Source of the DNA: Hydrolagus colliei | Taxonomy: Eukaryota | NCBI GenBank assembly: GCA_035084275.1 | Contig: CM068763.1 | Coordinates: 5,704,001 to 5,768,000, forward strand | Direction: 5' to 3' | DNA: 64,000 nt | Part shown: positions 60,725-64,000 of the stretch, in pieces | Layout: each line of letters opens with the position of its first letter | How positions within the stretch are numbered: the first letter of the stretch is position 1 | The notes under the pieces: generated by a model | The model's database searches: none | Seen by the model: the letters and a program-made list of their open reading frames with translations, nothing else | Told to the model about the DNA's origin: nothing | Position numbers and translations under genes: made by a program

Positions 60725-61100
60725 CCACTGGTATTGCTCAGTGCAGCATGTTTTGTTCCCAAAGTTTGTGAGTTCAAACCCCACATCGGAACTCGTGCTT
60801 ACACTCCATTATTACAGTGGGAGGGAGCACCACTTTGTCAGAGTACATTCGAAGAGATGTTAAAGTGGAGGCTGTTTGTCTATCCTCAGGTAGACTTTAA
60901 AAATCACTGTTCAAAAAAGTAAGTGAATTTCACCCAGTATCCTGTCTACCAAATCTCCAGGTAAATTAATCATTCACTTCATGGCTACTGAAGGGATTAT
61001 CAAAACAACTGTTGCATTTGCCCATAATAAACAGTCACCACACTTGACCATGATTACCTGTGAAGGGCTTTTCAATGCAATACCATGCTATGAAAATCCA
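60725..61100 (+). mobile_element. Old DeuSINE
   Basis: 'gctcagtgcagca...gtgagttcaaacccca...gaagagatgttaaagtggaggc...ctcaggtagactttaaaaatc'. Confidence 0.7.
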
Positions 61101-62779
61101 ATTTTCTTCTATCTTTGGCCGCAGGTAGTGAGATTGAGTTCTTTGAAGACAGTGGCTCAAGGTAGCTTGTACTCTGGGCTGTTTCCATTTGAAACGACCA
61201 GCAACCAAGATAACATGGTGATGCTATGATTGCACCTTAATAAGGTCACACTAGCGTAAGAAATCAAATTCTCCGCTGGTCTATAAACTTACAGATGATC
61301 GGAGAATTTGGCCATGGACTCTCCTACCTGTGACATCAAGCAAATCACTGCAGCTCAGGAGAGATCATCAAAAGCACATCTAACCCTTAACTAACCTCAG
61401 TTTATTGTCTCATTCAGAGGGCAGCACCTCCAACAATGCAATGTGTCTAGATTATGATTGAGCTCCGAGTATGGCTTGACCTTTCTGATCAGTGATGAGA
61501 GTGCTGCAAGATAAGCCAAGCCCGACACTCAGTCTATGATGTTTGCAGTGAAGACTTTTCAAGATGATACATGAACGGCATTAAGCGCGTCCGTTCTCAG
61601 CTTTAGAAATTTACAACTGAATGGGTCCTCAGGGGACGCAATAATAATACGTTGTGTGAGAGAGCGCTCAAGGCAGTTTGAGTTCGATGATTACCCACCG
61701 AGCTAATTTCCAGTCACAGCCAACCCACCAAGGAAACCATTAGCCTGGCTCTTCATTTGGGAAGGAAGAAGAAAGTCAACTTTGTTTTTTTCACTTGCGA
61801 GGAGACCAAAGTATGTTAAAGCCATTGTCAGTTTGAAGATGTGTGTGTTGGTGTTCTCAAGACTGACTTGCTCATTTCGTCCTCTCTTCCCGGTGCATCT
61901 GATCCTGTCATCGGTGTCTTGGGCGAAAAGTAGGGTCAGATTTGTCCTAGTCAGACCAAACATGACTGCACTTTTGCAATGATCAGAAGCCATCCCAGGT
62001 GACTTCCCCCAGCAAGTCCTATGTTCTGTGCTCATCTCGTTTACTTTCAGGTATTGAATCAACGAGCCTCGTTATCTGCAAACATGTGAAATCCCCGTGG
62101 TATTCAATGGGAGTTCAAACCATCCCTTGTCTCTCTTTCTCCCATTGTTGAGGACTGTAACCCGTTTATCCAGGGATTCTTGTGTGCCAAACTAACTGAA
62201 AGGTATTTCTGGTGCAGAACTGCGCAATCTATAGTGCTAAACTGGTTTGCAGCAACCCATTATGTATGGTCACCAGAACAATCCTTTGGAGAATCCTCCT
62301 GATGTAGAAGATGCTGTTTCAGATGCAAGCATTATTATTACATTAATAATTTGATTGCTATTCTGGTCTGAATGGATGGACACCTGTCTTCGTCAACTAG
62401 ATGGTACAAAGCAGCCAATGTACTGTGACATAAAGCATTAATAGGAATTATCATGTAATATTTTTTAAATTAGTTACATTTCTCAATTAGTAACAGGGTA
62501 AAATTGCTGGGGTTTTTTTTAAAAAGTGTGTAAAATAATAGGGCTGCATCACTTAAAGACCTCGATCTGATCAGAGAATATTTTTTCTGAGCCAGGGAGT
62601 GTGTGTGTTTCACTGCTCCTCAACAGACTTAGACCAGAAAACAACATTTAAACAAAATGATATCAAACAGCCTCACACGTGCCTATCATTTCTAATTAAA
62701 AAAAAGGATAGCAACAGAACTCCCAAATCAAAATGGCCACCAGTAGGCAGCATACTGGCCGCTGATTGTATATTAATGC

Positions 62780-63180
62780 TATTATTAATAATAATATTAA
62801 TAGTATTATTATTAATAATAGGGACAATGACGATGACAATAATCCTTGCATTTGATATAACATCATATCACGTCTTCGATATTATTATCATCAAAATAAT
62901 ATATTGTTATATTATTAATAATATTAATAGTATTATTATTAATAATAAGGACGATGACAATGACAATAATCCTTGCATTTGATATAACATCTTATCATGT
63001 CTCAAAGCGCTTCACAGAATATATTGAAAATATTTGTGGGTGAAAAGAAACAGAGAATTGCATACACCAATGTCCTACAAACGGTCATAGATTCACTGGC
63101 CAATAATTGTTTTTTAAGGAATTACTACACACCAGAAAAGCGATCCGCCAATTGACAACAACCGGGTTCCTATTATACTG
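62780..63180 (-). mobile_element. Long-middle SINE with a tandemly duplicated tail in AT-rich sequence
   Basis: Tail block at ~62789-62874 and ~62916-63002; middle 'gaaaagcgatccgccaattgacaacaaccgggttcctatt'. Confidence 0.85.
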
Positions 63181-64000
63181 ATCTTCGGATTAAATTCACA
63201 CTAAAGTACCGGTACTGTATTTGGTTTCATATTAAACATCGCATTGAGTGACAATAATTGAAGGATACCCTACATTCCAAACAAAATATTTCTGTATTGA
63301 TTAACAGAATTTCTATTTAAAATATGGTAAATTCTCCAATTTAGATATAAACTGGAAGTCACTTTTCTTTAGTTGTTATAAAGAAATTAAGAGTTTAAGA
63401 ATTTCCCCCGAAGGTCTGCATGAACTTTCATTTTACGACGGAATCGTGTGACAGGCTAAGTCTAGGCGGAATTCAGGCATTTGCTTCTTCAAAAAAAGAC
63501 TCTGAACAAACAACTTCTGAATGAATATGAACGCTGTGAATTGTCCACAGTTCTGCCAGGTTATAAATTTCAAGATAAAATTAACCCGTAGGCTAAGACT
63601 ACATGGAGTTTCTGATGTCCCAGGATGAGTTTCAGTTAGCTGAGTGGGGAGTTGTGTGTCCCCTCGATCCGGTCAAAGCTCAAAGCAGTAAATAGATGTA
63701 AGATCCATTTCAAGAGCACTTAGCAACTTAGTTACAGTTGAAATGAAGCATCAAATTCCAATGTCATGAAATATGCAGGAGACAAGGCCACTCTAATCAC
63801 TCAATCCCGGCTCTCCTCACTAGCTACCAGCACTCACGCTAAAGCTCAAAATGACAAACTCAATCACTGAGCACATCTCGGCCCATTGCAGACATCGTTT
63901 TCAGAGAGTTAGAGTCAAAAGAACAATCGATTTATTCCTTATAGCTGTCCTTAAGTAGATGATAAAGATCCTATGCTTCTTTTGGAAAAGAGACTGGAGT

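Noticed and set aside
61703-62062. 119-aa ORF and other short unique-sequence ORFs as exons
   Set aside because: No recognisable domain and no convincing splice-site pair; lengths are within chance expectation. Small exons cannot be fully excluded without RNA data.

Overview
Eukaryotic, AT-rich, repeat-dense non-coding DNA with one assembly gap (30433-30678). The repeat content points to a cartilaginous fish, most likely a holocephalan such as an elephant shark or chimaera; this is inference from family resemblance, not a database hit. I found no credible host protein-coding exon. The only recognisable proteins are decayed non-LTR reverse transcriptases: CR1-clade (39411-41290, 47530-48860) and L2-clade (8660-9560, 49955-50930, plus smaller pieces). 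The window is dominated by tRNA-headed SINEs carrying a Deu-domain-like core (AmnSINE1/SacSINE1 type) and an L2-type 3' hairpin, present as several age strata. It also holds two Penelope-like inverted fragments (one with a 13-bp TSD and a hammerhead-ribozyme-like remnant), a 647-bp hAT-type MITE with TIRs and an 8-bp TSD, and repeat-free islands that look like conserved non-coding elements. The most unusual signal is a recurring class of ~55-70 bp insertions made only of the L2 3' hairpin plus microsatellite tail. Several have clean target-site duplications and all stop at the base of the stem. A candidate new composite retroposon lies at 36355-37135. Family names come from my recollection of consensus sequences, and boundaries of old copies are approximate.
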